Positions 13,646-64,000 of a stretch of 64,000 nt of DNA are shown here, piece by piece. The notes below the pieces were generated by a model that made no database searches, was not told the origin of the DNA, and saw only the letters and a list, made by a program, of their open reading frames with translations. Origin of the DNA: Octopus sinensis (lineage: Eukaryota). The DNA lies in contig NC_043003.1 in NCBI RefSeq assembly GCF_006345805.1, positions 2,852,001 through 2,916,000 of the forward strand, in the 5' to 3' direction. How positions within the stretch are numbered: the first letter of the stretch is position 1; the number at the start of each line of letters is the position of its first letter. Both the position numbers and the translations under genes were made by a program.

Positions 13646-13882
13646 CACACATACATACATATATGTATATATATGTATATTTGAGCACTTCTTTTGCAGT
13701 CCTGTAAACCCTTTTGTTTCTATTGGAAGAGACAAATATTATTTCTTGTTGTATACATATATGTGTATATATGTAAATGTACATGCATATGAATGTGTGT
13801 ATGTAATAATAATAATAATAATAATAATAATTTTTATTATTATCATTATTATCATTATTATCATTATTATTATTATTATTAC

Positions 13883-13916
<34 letters not shown>

Positions 13917-13917
13917 G

Positions 13918-14843
<926 letters not shown>

Positions 14844-14876
14844 CATTATATCCCTTTATATGTATAAGTGTATAAA

Positions 14877-14926
<50 letters not shown>

Positions 14927-16020
14927 CATTCATAGCAAATGTAAAAGGATTCAGAAATCTAGGTAGTTACCCCAGTACCCAAGTCAGTACTCCTGCTGCA
15001 AACGCTAGTTGTTCCGTAGAAGAGGAGTGTTTGATGCAAACTGCAAATCCAGGAGGTTTTCATTAACCACAGAATATGAAATCACAAAAGAACACGGCTG
15101 CTCGTATCACATTTATTCTTTGGTTACAATTGCTTCAACACGATATAGGTCAGACAAATCATTTAACAATATAGAAAACATTAATATCAGCAATGTTTAT
15201 GTAATTTTGGGGGAGGGGGCAAGTGGATTGCATCGACCCCAGTGCTCAACTGGTACTTATTTATCAATCCCCAAAGGGATTAATGACAAAGTCGACCTCA
15301 GTAGAATTTGAACTCAGAATGTAAAGATGGACGAAATGCCACTAAGCATTTTGCTTGTTGTGCTAATGATTCTGCCAGCTTTCTGTCTTAATGATTATGT
15401 AATATTAAATCCTTAAAACTCGTAGTCATTTCTTCATGGCCGAATGAATAATTTAACCTTTAGCATGCTGAAGGTGAATCATGTTGGTGTATGAGTTTTC
15501 TCCCCTCTTGATGCGACACACTGTGCCTGCAGCTATGGGGAAGAAAGCTTGTATGATGACAGGATTTGCCTTCAGTGTGCTAAGGGTTAATATAAGGGAG
15601 CTTGGATGAATTCCCCTTTATGTAGATACAGACAATTTGGTGAGAGGATCCAATATTTTTGTAGTGAGGAAGTATCCACTTTGACCTGCAAATAAAAGAA
15701 AGGTTAAAGAGGCAGAGAGGACGAAAATTATTTGGCACTATTTGATAAGAGTAATTTTGAAGGGGGACTTATTAATTAGTCCATACATTCAGGCAGTTGT
15801 TTGGTTGAGCAAATAAAGCAGTCTCTAAATATCATGAATCGACTGGGATGGGTATTTCTAGAACAACTTCAAAGAAAACAGTAATGATCAGAAAGAGTAA
15901 TGTGTGTATGTATACATATATGTGTGTGTGTATATGTATGTTTAAGTATGGTATGTAAATGTACACACACACACACACACACACACATTATATATATATA
16001 CACACACATACACACACATA

Positions 16021-17656
16021 CAGTTGTCCTCAGAATTATTCATACCCTTGTTAATTTTTATGATTTTTTATTTTTGTGATGATTACATTTTGTCAAGTTT
16101 GTTTATGAGTTATTTGTGACCAACAAGTGAAAGAATAACAACATTATACAATTCAAGAGATTCTTCATTTCAGGGGTATTTTATTCATGGATTTTCAAAA
16201 AATGCCCTGTTCAAAATTATTCATACCCTAGGTTTACTGAGTCCAATATCCCTCTTTAATAGCCAATAGCATGGCTTTTGATTTTTTATGACTGCTTCTT
16301 GTATGTGTCCACAAGCTTCCTGCATGTCTTCTGCAGGATGATGGCCCACTCTTCCTTGGCGAAAGCCTTAAGCTGAGTCGGGTATAAATAGAGGAAAAGC
16401 GTTCTGGTCATTCTCAGTTTCTGATCATTATGGCCAAGAAGAAGAAGCTCAGTGAGGACCAACGTCAATGTCTTGTGGATGCCCACAGTGAAGGAAAGGA
16501 TTACAAGGCCATTTCAAAGCAGTATGATGTCCCTGTACCCCCCCCCCCCCCGAGCATAATGAAGAAGCACAAGAAGTTCAACATTGTTAAAGTCCTCAGT
16601 AGGCGTGGCAGAAAGTGCAAGGTGTCTCCCAAGCTTGCCAGGAAAATATGCCGAGAGGTCAACAACAACTCCTGGACCACAATCAGAGCCCTAATTGAAA
16701 TGCTTGACCAGGCAGGGATGAAGGTGTCAAGGTTCACCATTGAGCAAGTTTTGCACAGAAGTGGTCTCCATGGACGCAGGCCTTGGAAGACACTGCTGCT
16801 CAGGAAGAAACATCTGGAGGCTCACCTGACTTTGCTAGAGGTCATCTGAAGCAAGATCCCAACTTTTGGTCAATCATCCTGTGGTCTGATGAGATGAAGT
16901 TGGCCATATGGATGCTGAATATGTCTGGAGGAAGAAAGGAGAAGCATACAAACCAAAGAACACTGTGCCCACCGTCAAGCATGATGGTGGAAACATAATG
17001 TGATGGGGATGCTTCTTTTCCAGTAGCACAGAGAACCTTGTCAAGGCCCAAGGAATCATGAGAAAGAAGGATTACATCAGGATCCTTGATGAAAATATGA
17101 AGGAATCCACTGAGAAACTCCAACTCACCCACAACTGGAAGTACCAACAGGACAATGATCCAACACATACCATCAAGGTAGTGAAGAAATGGTTCAAGGA
17201 CAATGATGTCAATGTCCTAGAATGGCCAAATCAGAGCCCAGGCCTGGATCCGATCGAGAACTTCTGGTGAGACTTGAAGACCAGAGCAATGACGAGGAAA
17301 CCGACCAGCCTGACCCAGCTTGAGGCATTCGCCAAGGAAAAGTAGGCCAACATCCCACAGGAGACATGCAGGAAGCTTGTGGATACGTACAAGAATCGTC
17401 TAGAAGCAGTCATAAAAAAAACAAAGGCTGTGCTATTGGGCTTCGTAAACCTAGGATAGGAATAATTTTGAACATGGCATTTTTAAAAAATCCATGAATA
17501 AAATATCCCTGAAATGAAGAATTTCTTGAATTGTGTATTGTTGTTATTCTTTCACTTGTTGGTCATTCATAAACAATCTTCACAAAATGCATTCATTTCA
17601 TCACAAACATAAAAAATCACAAAATTAACAAAGATATGAATAATTTTGAGTACAAT

Positions 17657-17658
<2 letters not shown>
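16021..17658 (+). mobile_element. Tc1-like (DD34E) DNA transposon, long TIRs, frameshifted transposase (16430 to about 17440)
   Basis: TA|CAGTTGTCCTCAGAATTATTCATACC at the left end with an inverted copy ending at 17658. WSDE, QQDNDP and WPNQSPGLDPIE motifs, with 34 residues between D and E. TATAAATA at 16383-90. Confidence 0.92.
16383..16390 (+). promoter_or_regulatory. TATA box of the Tc1 transposase gene
   Basis: TATAAATA about 40 bp upstream of the transposase ATG at 16430, just inside the extended left inverted repeat. Confidence 0.5.
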
Positions 17659-17695
<37 letters not shown>

Positions 17696-18042
17696 ATATC
17701 TGTATATCTCTGAATCACACTTGATGTGAATACATCATTGGAAGGCAATTTACTGTGGTATTCCTCCAGTGATGACATCTCTTGAGGATGTGCCATGTTT
17801 CTGACATGCTTGTATGTCTACTACACAGGTTTATCTCATTATTCATTTCTGCAGAGAACCAGATGCTTACATATGCTTGTCTATTCTGAGCATATATCTG
17901 TATCTCTTGCCCTAGAATATTTGGAGCTGCTATGTGCTTGTGAGGGACTAGACTTGTAGCTTATGCACATATGGAAGAGGAATGTAAAGGGACGTATATA
18001 GACCTTCAAATGACTATGTCTGTATGGAAGCACATTCTTATA

Positions 18043-18928
18043 CAGGGTGTTTCAAAAAATTTGATATCATTTGAAATGTAAATATCACAGAAACTACTCA
18101 GTCAAAACAAATGAAACTAAACAGGCTTAATATTGGGCAACATAAGATTTATTCCTCCAAATTTGAATGAGAAATTCAAAGGTTTGTGGATTCCATGAAC
18201 GATTTCACAAATATTCAATATGCGCACCGCCTGAGACACGGCACACGTCAAGTCGGTGGTCCAGCTCCTCCCAAACATGCACAGCATGTCTTGGGTAACA
18301 GTCTCCAGTGCAGTAGTGATTCTCTGCTCAAGTTCCTCTAGGTTTTCAGGAAGAGGGGCACATAGACCAGGCCCTTCACATAGCCCCCATGTTTGTGCTT
18401 TCGCTTGTCATCTGCCATTATGGCCTGAATGAGCTGCAGCTTGGAGGGTTTCATTAGCAGGCATTTCCTCAGCATGTGCCAAACTGTCATTAGAAGAATC
18501 TGGGTTTCCACACTTGTTCTTCTTATGGACTTCTTGGGGCTTCACAAGAGCTTTTGGCAAACCTGCTCAACCATCTCTTCCAATGTTAGTGGTCATCCAG
18601 ATGCTTTTGCCCTGCACAGACAGCCTTCCTCTTTGAATTTTTTGTGCCATATCCAAATCTACATTGCCGTTGGTGGCTTTTTAGAGAACACTCTCACAAA
18701 TTCACGCTGCACAGTCTTGTTCAACTGTGTCCGAGAATGCTCCCAACACACAAAACACCTTTTCTCTTCCAGTGAATGCCATTTCTATACCTGAAAAGAT
18801 AAACATATCAAACACTAAACATAAAATTCTGACCTGTTTCTACAAATGCTGTTAAAATTTGAAGTAATTTGAAGAACTGGCAAAGTTATTAGATTGCAAA
18901 ATGATATCAAATTTTTTGAAACACCTTG
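18043..18928 (-). mobile_element. Internally deleted mariner-like element (probably rosa/DD41D type)
   Basis: 30-bp TIRs with 1 mismatch (CAGGGTGTTTCAAAAAATTTGATATCATTT) and TA TSD. N-terminal HTH (MAFTGREKVFCVL..) and C-terminus (WGYVKGLVYVP..LDVCRVSGGAHIEYL) are present; the catalytic core is missing. Confidence 0.85.
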
Positions 18929-19124
18929 TATATAAGTGACTCTAAAACTTCCATGCTTTCTGAGATTCGCCAACACTACACCTGATTTTTTTCTCCTCCA
19001 TACACATGCAAGCATGTATCTGACTCATACACTGTTCACTTTCCAGACATTTGTACATTACTGCATATGCTTTATACACACTTTTGACAAGTTGTGGTGC
19101 ACCTGAGCACTGTATACAATAATT

Positions 19125-19192
<68 letters not shown>

Positions 19193-19195
<3 letters not shown>

Positions 19196-19817
19196 TAGTT
19201 TTATTTTTATAGCGTGCTTTCACTTCACTACCGAGCGCAGCTCTGTGTGCCTTGGGTATGTGCTGTGATTTGTTGTGATGCTCTGATGGTTATTGTATGG
19301 AAAGTGTTCTGCGTAGGATGTGTGCAGTGCCTAGTAGTGCAATTTTCTGTATGTTATATGTGTTTGTAAGTCCTGGTGTTTTTGTTATGTATTTGTCTGA
19401 ATATTTTTTTATCATGCCTAATGCACCTACTATGATAGGAATTGTTTCTGTTTTCAGATTCCACATTCTAGTTACCTCTATTTCCAGGTCTTTGTATTTT
19501 GAGAGTTTCTCCATTTCTTTTAGAGACACGTTGTCATCTGCCGGTATTGATACATCAATTAGAAAGCATTTTTTTTCTTCATGATCTCTGACAACTATAT
19601 CTGGTCTGTTGGCCTTAATTTCTCTATCTGTATGTATCGGCATATCCCAGAGTATGGTTGCTTTCTCGTTTTCTGTGACCTTTTCTGGTGTGTGCCTATA
19701 CCATCTTTTTTCTGTTGTTATTCCATAATGTTGGCATAGCTTCCAATGTATGTAGGTTCCAACTCTGTCATGTCTGTGAATATATTCCTTCTTAGCCAGG
19801 ACTGGGCAGCTAGAGAT
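19193..19817 (-). mobile_element. 5'-truncated RLE-type (Dong/R4-like) LINE with open C-terminal frame, flanked by (TAA)n
   Basis: SSCPVLAKKEYIHRHD...NRPDIVV..LIDVSIP..KLSKYKDL..GALG..LRRTLSIQ*, containing the PD..D..K restriction-like endonuclease motif. Confidence 0.88.
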
Positions 19818-19819
19818 AA

Positions 19820-19853
<34 letters not shown>

Positions 19854-20477
19854 GAGTGAGAGAGCAGTTCATGCCATCAAAGTGACACTGGGGTAAAATA
19901 TATGAAGCCCAATATACCCATCATGACTACCCGTCTGATAAGGGTACACCAGGCACATGCATCACAACCATATGTGCGCGATTATTATTATATTATTTAG
20001 AATCTGTGTGGATAATTTTAATTTGATGCTGCTAATTGCTGTAGATGCCAGGGAATGTTGCAGGGGAAGCTGGAGTTTCAGTTTCTAAATTCATTGATGG
20101 AGTCTCAATATTTACAGTTCCAGGTTCAGTCCCACTGCATGCCACCTTGGGCAAAGTCTCTTCTTCTATAGCCCTAGGTTGACTTGAGTGGATTTGGCGG
20201 ATGGAAATTGAAAGAAGCCCATCGTATATATGTATAGATGACAGGCTTCTTGTGTGTGTGTGTGTGTCCTCCACGACTACTTGACAAATAGTGTTGGTGT
20301 GTTTATGTTTCCGTAACTTAGCAAATCAACAAAAGAGACAGATAGAATAAGTATTACACTTAAAAAATAAATTATTGGAATCAATTTGTTCAATAAAATT
20401 GTTCAAGGTGGTGCTCCAGCATGGCTGCAGACTAATGACTTAAAACAAGTAAAAGGTAACTCTCTCTCTCTTCCTCC

Positions 20478-20513
<36 letters not shown>

Positions 20514-20542
20514 CATACCTACCTGTATACCTACCTACCAAC

Positions 20543-20578
<36 letters not shown>

Positions 20579-21229
20579 ATATATATATATTTATATATAT
20601 ATGTCTGTCTACCTAGCTATCTGTCTGTCTGTGTCTATCTATCTGTCTATCTATCTATCTATCTATCTAATTGTCTATTTATCTATGTAGTGACGGAGAG
20701 AGACAGAGAAATTGATAGACAGAGGTAGTTGTGGCTTATAGAAATTTAATATGAACTGTTCATTAGCTTTTGATTCAGAAGTTTCTTTACAAAGTGTAAG
20801 GTAGAAGAATCTCAGCTGCTTTGAATATTCTTCCTTCATTGTCAGGATACAGGTGTCATCCACCTATAGCTTATAGACTTCCTGTTAGACATATATTGCT
20901 TGCTAGACATATATTGCTTGCTAGACATATATTGCTTATATCAGACTGTGGAGATATCTTCCAAAAGGATCTAATAAAGTTCAGTTTTAAGTGTTTTGCA
21001 AAGGTAATTATTACCCAAATGGTTTTCTCGTTGTCTGCTTTGGTAAAGAATTTGGTTGTATTCAGAGAGTCAAATTTTCTCATGCATTGTATAGATTGGA
21101 CAAAGAGAAAACACAATTGAAAAAATTAAAAAGCGAAAAGAAAAATAAGAGAGAAAGAAAAAAGAGAAAAAAGGAAAAAAAACAAAATTCACCAACTTGG
21201 GTTGAAAAGTTGGGGACGCTGGGAAACCT

Positions 21230-21600
21230 CTCTAATGACTTTTGAGGTGTGCCAGCATACTTGCAGCATTGCCGTGGGTGATGGCGAGGCTGGTGTGCTG
21301 GAACAGCGAAGCGCCCTCACGAACCCTACCAGTTTACCTCTGCAAGGCAAGTTGCCAGTGAAGACAGGAATCTCGCAGTTAGTGGTCCAACACCATCAAT
21401 GCCACAGGATGGAAATTGTAGTTGGCAAACAGATCATGGTATTTCAACTCCTCCAAAAGAGACATGATATTAGCATCTTCTTCAACAGACATAAAGCTCC
21501 CTTATATACACACAGTTACTGCAATACACACCATTTCTGTGTAGATATTGAGGGAACAGACTTTCCCTGTAACCCCAGCCAACACATAACAAGTTGACAT
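21230..21600 (-). pseudogene. Decayed CRE-like RLE LINE 3' end
   Basis: Across broken frames the minus strand resembles the ..GPLTARFL..L....QxISxxIxRGNAASxLGT terminus of CRE-type elements. Confidence 0.5.
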
Positions 21601-22690
21601 ATTCACATCAAATGTTGGATCTCACAATCTCTGATCTGTTATTATGAGTAGCATTAGAGTATCTTTAATCTTTTACTTGTTCCAGTAACTGGTTATGGCC
21701 ATGCTGGGGCACCACCTTGAAGGGTTTAGTTAAAGAAATCAATCCCAGAAATTATGTATTAGGCCTAGCACTTATTCTGTTGGTCTCTTTTGCTGAATTG
21801 CTAAGTTATGAGAATGTAAACAAACTAACACCAGTGGTGGAGGAGGATAAACACAGACACAAAGACATACACACTTAAAATATATACGTATGTATGTGTC
21901 AGGCACATATCGTCTGTAATTACTCAGGGTAGGCAGTTGGTGATGTTTATTTAGTAAAACACACAAAAGATAACCGAAACACAGGCCTGCGACTGAGTTG
22001 GAGGCAGATTTACTTCTGCCTTTAGAGTGCGTAAAGAAAATGTTGTTGTAGGAGTGTACGCAGCATGTGTACCACAGCAGTTCTATGCATAGCTTAGATA
22101 CTGAGATTGAAAGGCAGGGGCAAATGATGCCTACCTGATCTACAAAAAAATAAAATACTTTGCAATTTATGCAGAGTAATCAGAGCAACCTTCATAATTT
22201 TATTGAATTAGGTGCATATTTTGCCATAAAAGGAAAATGTTGCTATTGATCTATTTTATTCAGGGTAGGCACTACCTACCATGCCTACCCAAGCGGCACA
22301 TCCCTGGTGTGTGTGTGTGTGTGTATATATATATGTATGTGTGTGAATTGAGTGTATGTGCATTGCTTTTGTATGTGTATTGTGTGAGTGTATGTACGTG
22401 TGTGTGTATGTGTATTGTATGTGTGTGTGTATGACAGGTTTCTTTCAGTTACTGTCTACCAAATCCAATCACAAGGCTTTGGTCAGCCCAGGGCTGTAGT
22501 AAAAGACACTTGACCACGGTGCCATGTGATGGGGGTGAATGCAGAACCATGTGATTAAGAATCAAACTTACCACAGAGCCAGGACTGTGCCTTAAAAAAA
22601 ATGCTTGCAAAAAATGAGCATTCATCTTTGTTGGCAGAAATCCTGATCAATAACTTACTCGCTCCAAGGCGAAAGTATGATCCACTTTGA

Positions 22691-62563
<39,873 letters not shown>

Positions 62564-62608
62564 GTTTGTAATTCTTGTTTATTTTATTTTCAGATATTTT
62601 AAAATTAT

Positions 62609-63096
62609 CTATATTTAAGAGATGAGGAATTATGTACATTATTTACATTATTTACATTCGACGGATATTTGTCCTCATCTTGTTTGTTGTTAACATGTTT
62701 CGGCTGATATACCTTCCATTCTTCATCAGGTGTCTTGGGGAAATTTTGAACCTAGGTTCTCATTCCTAAGGTATTTGTTGTTGTTGTTGTTGCTGTTGCT
62801 GTCATTGTTGTTATTATTATTATTCAGGCCACTGCCTGGAATCGAACTTGGAATCTTGGGGAATATGGCATAGTGGTTAAGAGCGCGGGCTACTAACCCT
62901 AAGATTCCAAGTTCAATTCCGGGCAGTGACCTGAATAATAATAATAATAATATCGCAAAATACTTTAGGAATGAAAACCCAGGTTTGAAACTTTCCCAAG
63001 ACAGCTGATGATGGCTGGAGGGTATATCAGCTGAAATGTTGTGTTAATAACAAACAAGATGAGGACAAATATCTGTCAAATGTAAATAACGTAAAT
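62609..63096. mobile_element. Head-to-head inverted pair of the same tRNA-headed hammerhead element
   Basis: 62609-62861 (-) is largely the reverse complement of 62897-63096 (+). The tRNA-like 5' head at 62862-62896 forms the loop. Confidence 0.75.
63000..63045 (+). ncRNA. Degenerate minimal hammerhead in tRNA-headed element
   Basis: GACAG-CTGATGA-T-GGCTG-gagggtatat-CAGCT-GAAA-TGTT-GTGTT. Sister copies at 62692-62734 (-) and 36817-36854 (+). Confidence 0.5.
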
Positions 63097-64000
63097 TTTA
63101 GACTTAATTTCTGTTGTGTCTGGGGAGAGTCATTCTCTTTTGGTGCCTTATAATTGGTAAAATTTCCACTCATTTCCTTCTTTATTTTTCTAAAATTTTC
63201 GTTGCATCTCACAACCTATTCATTAGTTCTAAGCAGGGACAAACACAAGCACAACGAATCATGCACATTGAGATAATATGATATATATAAAATGAATAGA
63301 TATACAAGAAACAGGTTTCAGAATTTCTATAAACATGATATATTTTATCAATTCATATCATTCTCAGAACCTTTTAAAATGAAGACATTTTTTTTACATG
63401 ATTTTCATGGCTTAGTTGGCAGAGTGGGGTAATGTAATGCCTGTGACCCTTTTTAAGGCCTCCAACACTGAGGAGAAAAAGTGGGGACATTATATTCATG
63501 CCAGATCTCTAGACCCTAAATACTTACTACAAAGAGAATTCAGAAAAGGTATCTAAGGGACACCTAGTGTTTTTAAGCTGGGGGATTAATTTGTGTCCAC
63601 CAGTAGTTAAAAACAGAAAATTAGTTGTGAATTTAATTTTTTAAAACTTATTTTTTAATTAGTAAATATTCGTGTGGTTAAGAAGCTTCCTTTGTAGCGT
63701 CACAGTTTTGGGTCCAGTCCCACTGGGCAAGTGTCTCCCACTTTAGCCCTGGCCAGACTAATACCTTGTGAGTGAATTTGGGAGATGGAAACTGTGTAGA
63801 AGCCCACTGTATATTATATTATTTCAATGTGCATGTATCTTTGTGCTTGTTTGTCCCTGCTTTGGCAACTGGTGGTTTGTTTACATCCCCGTAACTTAGC
63901 AGTTTAACAAAAGAGACCAATGAAATAAGTACCAGAGTTTTAAAAAAATAAGTACTGGGGTCAATCTGTTTGACTAAAACACTTCAAGGAAGTGCCCCAG

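Noticed and set aside
20886-20938. 18-bp tandem repeat, three copies (TAGACATATATTGCTTGC)
   Set aside because: Ordinary short minisatellite with no further structure.

Overview
AT-rich animal genomic DNA, saturated with repeats. The SINE, LINE and microsatellite families resemble those I recall from octopod cephalopods; this is an inference, as no database search was run. One protein-coding gene can be assembled by hand on the + strand (22691 to at least 62563, 13 coding exons, about 588 codons, continuing past the last exon found). It encodes a signal peptide, nine 8-cysteine EGF-like repeats each on its own phase-1 exon, a transmembrane helix and the N-lobe of a tyrosine-kinase fold. The first Gly of the G-loop, the beta3 Lys and the alphaC Glu are all replaced, so it is a probable receptor pseudokinase. 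Introns and the upstream region hold RTE, CR1/Jockey, Tx1/L1 and RLE (Dong/R4-like, CRE-like) LINE remnants, Tc1/mariner and Chapaev-like DNA transposons, piggyBac-like MITEs (two as tandem arrays), several tRNA-derived SINE families and fold-back palindromes. The most unexpected signal is a set of hammerhead-ribozyme motifs in the introns. One has a complete core (51722-51821) and one is near-complete (49403-49447); they lie in the sense orientation on either side of the transmembrane exon. A third type sits in a tRNA-headed SINE-like element that occurs in inverted, Penelope-like arrangements.
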